Source of the DNA: a virus | Lineage: Duplodnaviria; Caudoviricetes | DNA: 43,364 nucleotides | Direction: 5' to 3' (one strand) | IMG/VR virus record: IMGVR_UViG_3300028840_000561 | Location: 1-43,364 of that record | Part shown: piece after piece, positions 29,522 through 38,300 of the stretch | How the letters are laid out: the number at the start of each line of letters is the position of its first letter | Numbering within the stretch: position 1 is the first letter of the stretch | Notes under the pieces: model-generated | What the model was told of the DNA's origin: nothing | What the model saw: only the letters and a program-made list of their open reading frames with translations | Databases searched by the model: none | Made by a program: the position numbers and the translations under genes

Positions 29522-29901
29522 TATTTTTTCTCCTTACATTCCAGTTTGGAAAGAAGCTTACACACTGGACAGTCACGTATATTCTCTTGAAGCATTTGCG
29601 CTGTACATGTACATGCGACATTTTGACTTATGAACTCAATAGCCTGTACCAGTTTTAGCGTCATGTCATCTTCAAAGGATTGTTTGTACCAATCGCGGTC
29701 GGACTCAGCTTGCTTTAGTTCTTCTTCAAGCTCGGCAATGCGCTCGTCTTTCTCGGATACGATGTTGGCGTGGAGATACCTTTCAACATCATCGCCCCTT
29801 TCCAATATCGCAGTGCGTTCACATTGCGGTACACCACTGACTATGAACCATTTTTCCAATATCTTATCGAAACATATCTGTATCCGTTCCGGTGCGCTCA
29901 T
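29521..29901 (-). CDS. hypothetical coiled-coil protein
   Basis: GGAGGTG SD; CxC..CPVC. Confidence 0.65.
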   Translation of the reverse strand: MSAPERIQICFDKILEKWFIVSGVPQCERTAILERGDDVERYLHANIVSEKDERIAELEEELKQAESDRDWYKQSFEDDMTLKLVQAIEFISQNVACTCTAQMLQENIRDCPVCKLLSKLECKEKK

Positions 29902-30317
29902 CAGTCACCTCCAATATTTAACTTGATAAGTGTCTTCTTAATGTCTTCTGCTAAATCATACTTAACTTCCGGTGGATACTTAACACCATTAATCAGATAG
30001 TCTACAGCTAAGTGTAGTTTCTCAGATAGAATATCTACCATCTTCTGAGACTGGTCTATCTGCGTGTCCTTGATATCTATCTCTTCATTAAGCTCATCTA
30101 TCTGAGATTGCTTATACTCTACCTGCTCTTGTGAGTTATCAAATGGATTGCCTACAGAGTTGTCTGTATTCCATTCCGGCAGAGTTTTCATAGCTTCAAC
30201 GCATAGAGTGTTAAGCATCTTGAGATACTCATACTTGTTAGAATCATTAGACTCTACCAAGCTAAGGATGAAACTATTAATCTTGTTTGTTGCTTGCAAG
30301 TTGTTAATTAAATTCAT
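29901..30317 (-). CDS. hypothetical coiled-coil protein
   Basis: GGAG SD before ATG 30317. Confidence 0.6.
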   Translation of the reverse strand: MNLINNLQATNKINSFILSLVESNDSNKYEYLKMLNTLCVEAMKTLPEWNTDNSVGNPFDNSQEQVEYKQSQIDELNEEIDIKDTQIDQSQKMVDILSEKLHLAVDYLINGVKYPPEVKYDLAEDIKKTLIKLNIGGD

Positions 30318-30486
30318 TACTATAGCTCCCGTTAGCAGGTTTGAAGTAAACAAATCCTTCGTCATTGTCAATACCTACAATGCGCCAGAACTTGTTATCT
30401 ATGTTGGCAGTCATGCCCAACTCCATTAGCTCACGATGCTCCTCCTTTACCTGGAGTACCATGATAACCTTGTCATCTTCCATCAC
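30304..30486 (-). CDS. hypothetical protein
   Basis: coupled 60 aa ORF. Confidence 0.55.
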   Translation of the reverse strand: MMEDDKVIMVLQVKEEHRELMELGMTANIDNKFWRIVGIDNDEGFVYFKPANGSYSNEFN

Positions 30487-31220
30487 ACAACCTTCATCTT
30501 AACGATTAAGTTTTCATTCTGCTTATTGAACATAAGCACTAAGTTTCTGCTGCATTGCTTACACTTACCATGTATAGAACTCTTGTCATTCTTATCCAAG
30601 CTGATAACTTTAGGTAAGAAGAACTGTACATGAGAACCACACATGCATTCTGTCGATACCCTTCTCTCTATCCTGTCTATCTCCCAGGGTGGTGCTACAC
30701 ATGGTATACTCTTTACCTTAGATATGTCAGAGTAGTTTACAATCTTAATGTTGCTTCTCTCAGCTACCCTACAACAGTTAGAGATATACTTTTCAAACTC
30801 ATTGTAGGCTATGCTGTAGTCGTTGAGAAATGCAGGGTTAGGTATAAAGTCTATACCTATCAAGCCTATAGTGCCACCATCATTGCACTTTTTCATAGCC
30901 AAGTTAATAGCAGGAGTACAGCCAGAGTGCCACCATGCCAACTTGTTACTGTCCATAATAGGCTCTTCACTTAGCTTATGTTCGTAGACTTCTCCATAGT
31001 CAGCCGATTCCCTGTTGTAGAAATACCTACCTTCCTTGGCTGCTTCCTTAAAGTATTCATTCCTCTCAAACACTTTGTCATCTACAACATAGACATGTGC
31101 AAGTCCATACATCCAGTAAGTATTAACTCCTATAACAAAGCCATACTCTCTTAGGTCTATACCATGCAAACCCTGAGCAGAGTAACCAGTACATGCTACT
31201 ATAACAATGTCATGCTTCAC
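30483..31220 (-). CDS. DUF115/Maf-like protein, paralogue 3, with C-terminal zinc ribbon
   Basis: ACTGYSA, VIGVN, VVDD, HSGCTPAINLA, IGLIGIDF, IKIVNYS; CMCG..CKQC; GTG start with GGAG SD. Confidence 0.65.
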   Translation of the reverse strand: MKHDIVIVACTGYSAQGLHGIDLREYGFVIGVNTYWMYGLAHVYVVDDKVFERNEYFKEAAKEGRYFYNRESADYGEVYEHKLSEEPIMDSNKLAWWHSGCTPAINLAMKKCNDGGTIGLIGIDFIPNPAFLNDYSIAYNEFEKYISNCCRVAERSNIKIVNYSDISKVKSIPCVAPPWEIDRIERRVSTECMCGSHVQFFLPKVISLDKNDKSSIHGKCKQCSRNLVLMFNKQNENLIVKMKVV

Positions 31221-31464
31221 CCTGAGACTCCATCTTAAACTTCTTAGAATAGTTAGCCTTTTGATTACGTACATCCTGCTTACGTTTGTTCTTACCTATA
31301 CCAAACAGGCATCTGTTGCATACAGAAGTATGCCGATTAGACCTACCTATAAATCTGCTACCACACTGAGGGCAGAAATGGTAGGACTTACCTGCATGCT
31401 CTCCTGCAGTAATAGGTATACGTTTAAGTAAGTGGCTATCCTCGCTACTTTTGTAGTCAGTCAT
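31210..31464 (-). CDS. zinc-finger protein
   Basis: CPQC..CNRC; GAGG SD. Confidence 0.65.
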   Translation of the reverse strand: MTDYKSSEDSHLLKRIPITAGEHAGKSYHFCPQCGSRFIGRSNRHTSVCNRCLFGIGKNKRKQDVRNQKANYSKKFKMESQGEA

Positions 31465-31828
31465 GCCTCACCTCAATTTTCTTAGAAAGAATGTTAGCCA
31501 TGTTGCCAAACTCTTCTTTCATTTCTTCCATAGACTTGGCAAACATGTAGATAACTTCGTTAGGGATAAGCTTGTCACCTTTTATCTCTATATCTCTGAA
31601 CGTCATTATCAAACTCTTGTCGCTTAGCATCTTCATTTTTGGTAGCTTCTCAGGGTCTATATATCCTGCCATGTCTTCTATCTCGTTGGTCAGTTCATAG
31701 CGGTTCTTCCATGACATAGCAACAAGTTTTGGAAGAAATCCAAACTTAGTTATAAACTCACCTACTCCATCATGCAGCCACTGTACCATGCTGCTATACT
31801 TGGATGCTGTAGTGAACATATAGTCCAT
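31457..31828 (-). CDS. hypothetical protein
   Basis: GGAGGTGAGG SD. Confidence 0.7.
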   Translation of the reverse strand: MDYMFTTASKYSSMVQWLHDGVGEFITKFGFLPKLVAMSWKNRYELTNEIEDMAGYIDPEKLPKMKMLSDKSLIMTFRDIEIKGDKLIPNEVIYMFAKSMEEMKEEFGNMANILSKKIEVRHD

Positions 31829-32613
31829 TATGCCTCACCTCCATAGGATTTAACACTACCTTCAACATGTCCATAGTGTGAATAGCTATGATAAGGTGCA
31901 AGGTTTATAAAGCTACACTTATCTAAAGGTATAGGATGATAAGTAATACCGTCCTTAATACCAGTAGTATTGATATCTTTCAGAGTCTCACACTTAACAC
32001 ATATAGCTTGCATAGCATCTAAGCTTACCATGAAGAACATAGTCTGTCCTTTAACTAGATAACCCATGCAAGATGCAGGTAGTTGAAGCTCTTTATCTGG
32101 AAACTTCTGTCCTCTACCCCACTCTGCATGTATGAGTATCTTGACATAGCCCTTAAACTTACACTCTATTTCACTGGCATCTTCCTTGCTAATCCTAACA
32201 GACATATTCCTGACATACCTCATTACTACCTGGCTGAGTGTAGCATACATACTCCTGGCAGGCTTGGGTTCTGCCTTGGGAAGCTCAGGTTCAGGCTCAT
32301 CTTTAGGATACTTACTCCAATACTTGAGAGCTAGAAAGTGCTGCTCTTCAAACTTACCACGTTTCTGAGTAAACTTATACCTTTCAAACTGTTCCTCTGT
32401 AGCAGTATATTCCTTGTTACTTTCTCTGTCTACTACCCATAGTTTCTCTGCACCAAATCTCTTAGCTTCTTCCCAAGCTTCTACAGATATACCAATAGCA
32501 GGAGGGTTATTAAGCAAGTGCTTAGACCCAACTATATACTTCTTGAAAGTACCGTGGATAACAAACCCAACTGTCCTTTCACCTAACCTAACTGGAGTTC
32601 CTTTCTGCTTCAT
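31828..32613 (-). CDS. hypothetical two-domain protein
   Basis: AAGGAG SD before ATG 32613; Pro-rich linker separates the halves. Confidence 0.7.
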   Translation of the reverse strand: MKQKGTPVRLGERTVGFVIHGTFKKYIVGSKHLLNNPPAIGISVEAWEEAKRFGAEKLWVVDRESNKEYTATEEQFERYKFTQKRGKFEEQHFLALKYWSKYPKDEPEPELPKAEPKPARSMYATLSQVVMRYVRNMSVRISKEDASEIECKFKGYVKILIHAEWGRGQKFPDKELQLPASCMGYLVKGQTMFFMVSLDAMQAICVKCETLKDINTTGIKDGITYHPIPLDKCSFINLAPYHSYSHYGHVEGSVKSYGGEA

Positions 32614-32755
32614 TATCATTCTCCTTGAATGGTGTTTTAAGAAATTCACGCAGCAGTACAGCAGCTAACTTAGCTAACTCTTCTTCCTTTATGTCTATCT
32701 CATACTTATTCCACTCACCGTAATCTTCTTCTACTACTAAGCACTTAATCTTCAT
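32588..32755 (-). CDS. small hypothetical protein (55 aa, not in track)
   Basis: AGGAG SD; MKIKCLVVEEDYGEWNKYEID... Confidence 0.6.
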   Translation of the reverse strand: MKIKCLVVEEDYGEWNKYEIDIKEEELAKLAAVLLREFLKTPFKENDNEAERNSS

Positions 32756-32916
32756 AGCTAAACACTCCTAGTTCAGAGCAAGTCATTGACAATCAACAAG
32801 TTATGGCCTACATTTTAGCCGTTTTAAGCCCTTTTAAGGTGGGTCTATTTCTCGTGGACTCAGAACCCTTAAAATAATTTTGAGGCCCATTTTGGTGTAC
32901 CGCAATCTGTAATATT

Positions 32917-33099
32917 TTAAGCATTGCACCCTGCTGCAGCAATAAGTGTATACATTCTACACAGCATGCAGAACCCATGCATGTTAATTGGGTGCTTTTT
33001 GGGCGTTGCATTTTCTTCATAACTGGTTATAATAGGTGCTATTAACCCCGCACCTTGAAAGCAGATGCAACATAGCACACGAACGTAAGAGAGATTCAT
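32917..33099 (-). CDS. small zinc-finger-like protein
   Basis: ATGA coupling; CCIC..CMLC. Confidence 0.5.
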   Translation of the reverse strand: MNLSYVRVLCCICFQGAGLIAPIITSYEENATPKKHPINMHGFCMLCRMYTLIAAAGCNA

Positions 33100-33347
33100 T
33101 GACAATTACTCTCTTTCTTATCTCTATCTCTTTCCGTAGGGAGAAGTCTGCCTTCCTCATGTAACTCTATAGCTGACATGACAGAAGAAGCCATAACATC
33201 AGCAGCTTCTAGCAAGCCCTGAGTCTTAATGATATCTGTCTTGACAAAGTTAGGTATCTCTCCACTACCCTGCCATATATGAGCTAACCTTCTAGCCCTG
33301 TCTATGTTCTGCATTAGCTCCAACATAATTTCACTAGCATTCATCAC
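33096..33347 (-). CDS. hypothetical protein
   Basis: AAGGAG SD. Confidence 0.65.
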   Translation of the reverse strand: MMNASEIMLELMQNIDRARRLAHIWQGSGEIPNFVKTDIIKTQGLLEAADVMASSVMSAIELHEEGRLLPTERDRDKKESNCQ

Positions 33348-34152
33348 GGTCTCCTTCCTTAAACATATTTACATCTACTGCTTGTAAGAAAGCATCAAAC
33401 AGCATGATGGTTACAGCACCCATTACCAGGGTACGTATAGGTATAGCTGTCTTCATGCTATCCCAATCTCTTGCTGTTAGTATGCAGTAGTCTGGACTGT
33501 TGTTCTTACTGAATACTAGCAGTGGCATCTTAGGTATCGTAAGCTTAGAATTATCTATCTTACATTGTGCCCACCACTCACAGAAGCATGGTGTCTTAGC
33601 TGTTAAGAGTTCAGTAAACTCCCAACCTTCTTGGTTCTTACACTCAACTGAGAATGGGAAGTCATGTTCAGTTGCAGCTACATCACCAGAGATAACTGTC
33701 TTCTGCCAACCACCAGACATAGGAGTGCGTCTTATCTCACTACCCCACCACTCTGATAGCTTAACACATATATGTCTCTCGTAAGTAGCACCCCTACGCT
33801 TGCTTCTCTTACCTGCTTTGCTAGCCTTCCAACTCTTAATGCATACCTTGGCTTGTTCTTCATTGATGTCAAACTTCTGAGCTATAACTGGTGGCATAGC
33901 ATCGAAGTTCTTAGCTCCGGATTTTTTCGCTAGGTCTAAAAATTCCTTGATGTCTTCTGTGTAGTAAGAGATGGCAGACTTGTGCTTCTTTGGCATAAAC
34001 ATTAGCTTCTCCTCGCGCTTAGAAAGTTCCTTTTTAGCTGCATCTACTAGCACTTGATACCTACTGGTAGGGTGTCTAAATGCTATGCGTCTAAGCATAT
34101 CTAGGTTAACTTCACCTAAGTCATAGACGCTGTAGTTAGCAAGCCAGTCCAT
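33334..34152 (-). CDS. Holliday junction resolvase-like PD-(D/E)xK nuclease with N-terminal extension
   Basis: SKRRGATYER, RRTPMSGG, GDV, FSVECK, WWAQC, PLLVF. Confidence 0.8.
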   Translation of the reverse strand: MDWLANYSVYDLGEVNLDMLRRIAFRHPTSRYQVLVDAAKKELSKREEKLMFMPKKHKSAISYYTEDIKEFLDLAKKSGAKNFDAMPPVIAQKFDINEEQAKVCIKSWKASKAGKRSKRRGATYERHICVKLSEWWGSEIRRTPMSGGWQKTVISGDVAATEHDFPFSVECKNQEGWEFTELLTAKTPCFCEWWAQCKIDNSKLTIPKMPLLVFSKNNSPDYCILTARDWDSMKTAIPIRTLVMGAVTIMLFDAFLQAVDVNMFKEGDRDEC

Positions 34153-34267
34153 TATGTTATCTTTCTGAAATAGAAACTCCGAACAGTTACCCTACTGCCT
34201 ATCTTGGTGACAACCTCAAAGCAGTACTTATGGAACTTAAGGTGTATACCTGCTTAGTGTACATCAT
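34152..34267 (-). pseudogene. small gene apparently split by a frameshift
   Basis: coupled ATG at 34267 gives only 22 codons; the -1 frame continues to a TAATG coupled to the resolvase start. Confidence 0.35.
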
Positions 34268-34470
34268 ATCGTACCCCTGTCGAAGATGCGTACTATCTCA
34301 GCCTTGCACCATCTAGGCTTGCGCTTGAATACGTCACAGACTATTGTTCTGCTATAGAGTATGCAGAACTTTGGCTGTGCTTCGTATTGTTTGTAGCTGT
34401 AAAACTGACAAATTTTTGTTTTACCAGTCCAACTTCCACATTTACATGGTATCTTAATTAGCCTGTTCAT
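34264..34470 (-). CDS. Cys-rich hypothetical protein
   Basis: GGGAG SD; CKC..C..C..C..WC. Confidence 0.6.
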   Translation of the reverse strand: MNRLIKIPCKCGSWTGKTKICQFYSYKQYEAQPKFCILYSRTIVCDVFKRKPRWCKAEIVRIFDRGTI

Positions 34471-34667
34471 TTCTTACTCCCAAAACTAAGTAGAACTTTC
34501 ATAGCTTGGTCTTCAGTGAACCCTGCTTCCATTAACTTACAGAACATAGAGTAAGATGTCTTGGCAAGTGTCTCGCCTAGCTCATCAAATGCATCTGACT
34601 TTAGCAACCTGTTGAAGTCAGGCAGCATCATCCTTACCAACTCAAGTCCTTCAAGTAGCTCTTTCAT
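34467..34667 (-). CDS. hypothetical protein
   Basis: TAATG coupling; LMEAGFTEDQAM motif. Confidence 0.65.
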   Translation of the reverse strand: MKELLEGLELVRMMLPDFNRLLKSDAFDELGETLAKTSYSMFCKLMEAGFTEDQAMKVLLSFGSKK

Positions 34668-35938
34668 TATGAGAACCTCAAACAAGATTGTCTAAAGGAA
34701 AGGTCAAAGTCTACGCCACTTGGTCCCTCTTTCTGCTTAAGTACACGTAGACGCCTAGTGTTCTGAGATATATCCTTGAAGTGGAAAGCAAGCATTATGT
34801 CAGCATCTTGCTCTATGTCTCCACTCTCTCTCATGTCTGACATTTGCGGTATAGTCCTACCCTCATACTCTATGTTACGGTTAAGCTGAGATAGTATAAC
34901 CATAGCCACATCAAACTCCTTACCTATCTGCTTAATAGCCCTGCTTATTTCACCAAGCTCATTGTTCCTACTCTGTCCTTTAGCACCTAGTATTAGCTGT
35001 AAGTAATCTATCATAACTACAGCAGTATCTGGATGCTCTACCTTCATCCTTCTTATCTCATTGCGTATACCCTGTACTGTCATACCAAACTTATCACAGA
35101 TAGATATCCTAAAGTCTTTCATCTTAGTGATAGCAGCATCTAGCTTAGCTTCCTGGGTGCAGTCTAAGTCCATGCGCTTAATGCAATTGAACGGTATGCC
35201 AGAGAAGATAGATAGCAAGTAAGTCTGAACTGAAAGCGTGTCAGTCTCAAGGGAAATGATACCATTTGCTACTCCATGCCTAGCCAGGTGCAGTGATAGG
35301 TTGAATGCTAAGGAAGTCTTGCCCTGACTAGGACGACCTGCTATAACAAAGTACTGCTTACGTCTAAAGCCCTCTATTACCTCATCAATAGGTCTGATAC
35401 CAGTGCAGAATAAACCTTCACGGTTCCTCTCTTCTGTGTTATTAACAAACTTATCTAGCAGTCTTGACAAATCTCTTTCTTCTGTACCGTCACCAGTTAC
35501 ACTAGCTCCTGCAAGTTCAATAGCTTCACTGGCTACTCTCTCATAGAGTTCATCGTGAGATACCTTGACGGCATAGTTCATTATGGAATCACCAAACTGA
35601 AATACTCTACGCCTGTCATAATGTATCTTGATGGAATGTAGGTACTGCTTCCACAAACCATATACAGGTTTCTCTCCTACCATTTCTACTAGCTGAGATG
35701 CATTGTAATCTGCAGGGTATTTAGCCCTATACTCATCACAGAAAGTAGCTAGGTCTACTGGCTTACCATGATTATACATGGTAGAGATGACATCGAAGAT
35801 TCTCCTAGTTGTCTTAACTGAGAAGTAAAAGATATCAATGGTGTCTAGTATCTCACCTCTTGTATCCTCTTCCCATATAAGCTCAGCTAGGATACCCCTC
35901 TCTGCATCTGTAGGTTTGATAGAGTCTGGATACTTCAT
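34667..35938 (-). CDS. dnaB: DnaB-like replicative helicase
   Basis: N-terminal AERGIL..PVD; IAGRPSQGKT, ISLE, IDYLQL, LSQLNR, DMRESGDIEQDAD. Confidence 0.95.
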   Translation of the reverse strand: MKYPDSIKPTDAERGILAELIWEEDTRGEILDTIDIFYFSVKTTRRIFDVISTMYNHGKPVDLATFCDEYRAKYPADYNASQLVEMVGEKPVYGLWKQYLHSIKIHYDRRRVFQFGDSIMNYAVKVSHDELYERVASEAIELAGASVTGDGTEERDLSRLLDKFVNNTEERNREGLFCTGIRPIDEVIEGFRRKQYFVIAGRPSQGKTSLAFNLSLHLARHGVANGIISLETDTLSVQTYLLSIFSGIPFNCIKRMDLDCTQEAKLDAAITKMKDFRISICDKFGMTVQGIRNEIRRMKVEHPDTAVVMIDYLQLILGAKGQSRNNELGEISRAIKQIGKEFDVAMVILSQLNRNIEYEGRTIPQMSDMRESGDIEQDADIMLAFHFKDISQNTRRLRVLKQKEGPSGVDFDLSFRQSCLRFS

Positions 35939-36114
35939 TAGTCCTCCGATGGTAGAACAAAGATAACGTTGCAAGGTTCGCAAGCTCTGCCTTCAAACTG
36001 GCAGTTATCAAATGTCTTCTTGAGTGTCTTCTCCTTACAGTAAGGACAGATATCGTTAGTTATAAACTTTTCTTCGTCCTTACTCATTGGTATTACTGCA
36101 GGTTTACGTGGCAT
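35938..36114 (-). CDS. zinc-ribbon protein (58 aa, not in track)
   Basis: GGAG SD; CPYC..CEPC; TAATG coupling to dnaB. Confidence 0.7.
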   Translation of the reverse strand: MPRKPAVIPMSKDEEKFITNDICPYCKEKTLKKTFDNCQFEGRACEPCNVIFVLPSED

Positions 36115-36132
36115 GTTAACTCCGTAAAAATA

Positions 36133-36208
36133 AGCCAGTGGTAGGATTTATACCTACCGTTCTCTCCAGGACAACAAGCCCAGTTCCTTCGCGTAAGGTC
36201 GCACCGGC
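36133..36208 (-). ncRNA. tRNA-like cloverleaf (degenerate; TGT at anticodon position)
   Basis: GCCGGTG/CACTGGC outer stem; CCTT/AAGG arm; 7-nt loop CTTGTTG; GTAGG-TATAAAT-CCTAC arm; 76 nt; T-run follows. Confidence 0.45.
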
Positions 36209-36216
36209 CTAGTTAG

Positions 36217-36468
36217 TTATTTGTTCTCGTCAATCTTGTGGTCTCCACACCAGTCACTAGGAAATACAGCAGGATAGCCATTCATTGACGGTGCATGTCT
36301 CCTACACCTTCCAATGTCGTGCTTTCCCATCTTGGAAACATACCACATACAGCTAACACATTTCATGCTTGCATGTCTATGCTTCCAAGGGTCACAACCT
36401 GCTTTCTCAGAATCCATCTGAGGTCTAGTAGCAGGTTCTGAAAAGTCATCTGCTTGTTTCTTACTCAT
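36217..36468 (-). CDS. Cys-rich protein (CxxC..GxC..WCG)
   Basis: CVSCMWY..GRCRRHAP..DWCGDH; AGGAG SD. Confidence 0.7.
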   Translation of the reverse strand: MSKKQADDFSEPATRPQMDSEKAGCDPWKHRHASMKCVSCMWYVSKMGKHDIGRCRRHAPSMNGYPAVFPSDWCGDHKIDENK

Positions 36469-36486
36469 ATCCTATCTCCTAGTTAG

Positions 36487-36684
36487 TTAATCATCTTCCT
36501 CAGGTATGACACAATCACAAGGTTCAACCTCTATAGACAGGTCGTTATCAATGTCAACGTCCATTTTCTTGACATTGAGGTCTGCTCCACATTCAGCACA
36601 AGTAACTGAATGAGGTTGGTCTTGCATGTGGTCATTGACGGCATCATTTACTTCTCTTAGAATACCATCGTTATCAACTGCCAT
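36487..36684 (-). CDS. acidic zinc-ribbon protein (paralogue of 38290..38700)
   Basis: AAGGA SD before ATG 36684; HMQDQP..CAECG..PCDC. Confidence 0.7.
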   Translation of the reverse strand: MAVDNDGILREVNDAVNDHMQDQPHSVTCAECGADLNVKKMDVDIDNDLSIEVEPCDCVIPEEDD

Positions 36685-36694
36685 AACTACATCC

Positions 36695-37222
36695 TTATGC
36701 AAAAGGGTCATCTTCATCAGGACTGTCTTCCTCAGCAGGAGGAAGGTCAGCAGGAGCTTCTGCAGTAGCTTCGGCAGTGGGTGATTCATCCCAAGGTTCA
36801 TCACCGTCAGCATCAGTAGCTTCTTCGGGAGCAAAGAACCTATCAATCTCGTTCTGCTCTCCGTACTGCTCTGACTTAGTAAGTCTAACCTTGGCATCTA
36901 CTATCTTGTTCATCCACTTTCTAGGGTCAACAGTTACGTTACCCTTGACGTTGAATCCTGCTGCAGACATGAAGCTTTTGACCATAGACAGACAGTTAGC
37001 CAGTTTGTCAGGGTCAGAGTGAGCAATCACCAAGTTGGTGAACACATTGCTACCCTTGTAAGTACCACCGATAACACGGAACATTATACGTGCCATCTTA
37101 ACACCCTGCTGCTTACCATCTTTAGGTGTAACACTATCCACCTTAAGCCTGTACCTATCAGCAGGAACTGCTCCACGCGTACTCTCTTGCACATCATCAA
37201 AATTATAGTTGTAAGGTGCCAC
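36695..37222 (-). CDS. DUF669-like single-stranded DNA-binding protein
   Basis: VPADRYRLKV..F.VIGGTYKG OB-like core; acidic tail ending DDPFA; adjacent to Sak4-like gene. Confidence 0.75.
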   Translation of the reverse strand: MAPYNYNFDDVQESTRGAVPADRYRLKVDSVTPKDGKQQGVKMARIMFRVIGGTYKGSNVFTNLVIAHSDPDKLANCLSMVKSFMSAAGFNVKGNVTVDPRKWMNKIVDAKVRLTKSEQYGEQNEIDRFFAPEEATDADGDEPWDESPTAEATAEAPADLPPAEEDSPDEDDPFA

Positions 37223-37233
37223 TTACATTCTCC

Positions 37234-38061
37234 TTAACCAAAAGGGTTAGCTTCTTCTTCGGATACCTGCACAGTTTTGACAGGAGCTGCTTCCTTCTTT
37301 GTCTCCTTCTTAACAGGTTCTGCTGTAGCTCCCTTTACAGCATTGAATATGTTAGTCCAATTAGGTTCAGCAAGCATCTTAAGTTTACCAGACCTATCCT
37401 TAGTCATGTACCTATCATGTCCACCTGTAAGCCAAGAGTAAGTAGCTCCTTTCTTAGACTTCTTAACGTTAGCAAAGAATACAAAGTCAAAGAACTGGTG
37501 TACGTTCTCACTCAACTGACCGTTAAGTGCAGGATAGTACTTAGTCTCTCCTGTGTCACTGTCCTCCTTTCTCTTAGGGTGACAAGTAAAGATAACATTG
37601 ACAGGTAAGTTACGGAAACCTCTAATCATCTTACGCATATAGATATCAAGCAAGCCCCATTCCTGCATAGTAAGAGTCTCAGTTTCCTTAGCTTCCTTCC
37701 TGTTCTGCTTGATATACTCCTTACAGAGTTCATTGCTCTCTGTTAAACTATCAAAGTAAACTGTACCTATCTCTCCTGCATACTTCTTAGCTAATTGGTA
37801 TGTCTTCTGTACATCTTCCCAACTAAACATCTCAACTGGCTTAGTAGCAAAATCTACATCAGAGATAGACAAACAACCAGACTCACAGCTACAGTACATA
37901 ACTCTATCCAGATGAGGCAGTGTCCTACTTGCATAGGTCTTACCTGTACCACCTGGACCTAGCAGCAAACACTTGAAATGTTTATACAACTGCTTGAGGT
38001 CTATCCTATTCATCTGTAACTGCTGAATAGCAGCTTCCAAACCTTTCATTGATACACTCAT
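37234..38061 (-). CDS. AAA_24/Sak4-like ATPase (recombinase)
   Basis: GPGGTGKT, CESG, YFDSLT, EWG, VIFTCH, FFDFV, TKDRSG. Confidence 0.85.
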   Translation of the reverse strand: MSVSMKGLEAAIQQLQMNRIDLKQLYKHFKCLLLGPGGTGKTYASRTLPHLDRVMYCSCESGCLSISDVDFATKPVEMFSWEDVQKTYQLAKKYAGEIGTVYFDSLTESNELCKEYIKQNRKEAKETETLTMQEWGLLDIYMRKMIRGFRNLPVNVIFTCHPKRKEDSDTGETKYYPALNGQLSENVHQFFDFVFFANVKKSKKGATYSWLTGGHDRYMTKDRSGKLKMLAEPNWTNIFNAVKGATAEPVKKETKKEAAPVKTVQVSEEEANPFG

Positions 38062-38300
38062 GTTAGTACTCCTGCAAATTGGTCAGAGTAATGCCTACGA
38101 TAGTCAGGTATCTCCACTACAGCTATCGTAATAGCGTCAGGTTCTTGCTTCTCAGACTTACGTGCAGAGTTGATATGCTTAGTCTGAGTCCTAGCTTTGT
38201 TCAGACCGTCAGTAGTGAAAGGAAATACATCACCGACAGTTTTGTCTGGCAACATGCTAGTATACTTAATTAAGTTAGCAGGTTCCATATCATTCTCCAA
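38058..38300 (-). CDS. hypothetical protein
   Basis: coupled ORF. Confidence 0.6.
   Translation of the reverse strand: MENDMEPANLIKYTSMLPDKTVGDVFPFTTDGLNKARTQTKHINSARKSEKQEPDAITIAVVEIPDYRRHYSDQFAGVLT

Noticed and set aside
32808-33020. 70-aa ORF
   Set aside because: Overlaps a better-coupled Cys-motif ORF; no clear SD
36133-36208. Canonical functional tRNA-Thr
   Set aside because: Invariant tRNA bases are missing; reported only as tRNA-like
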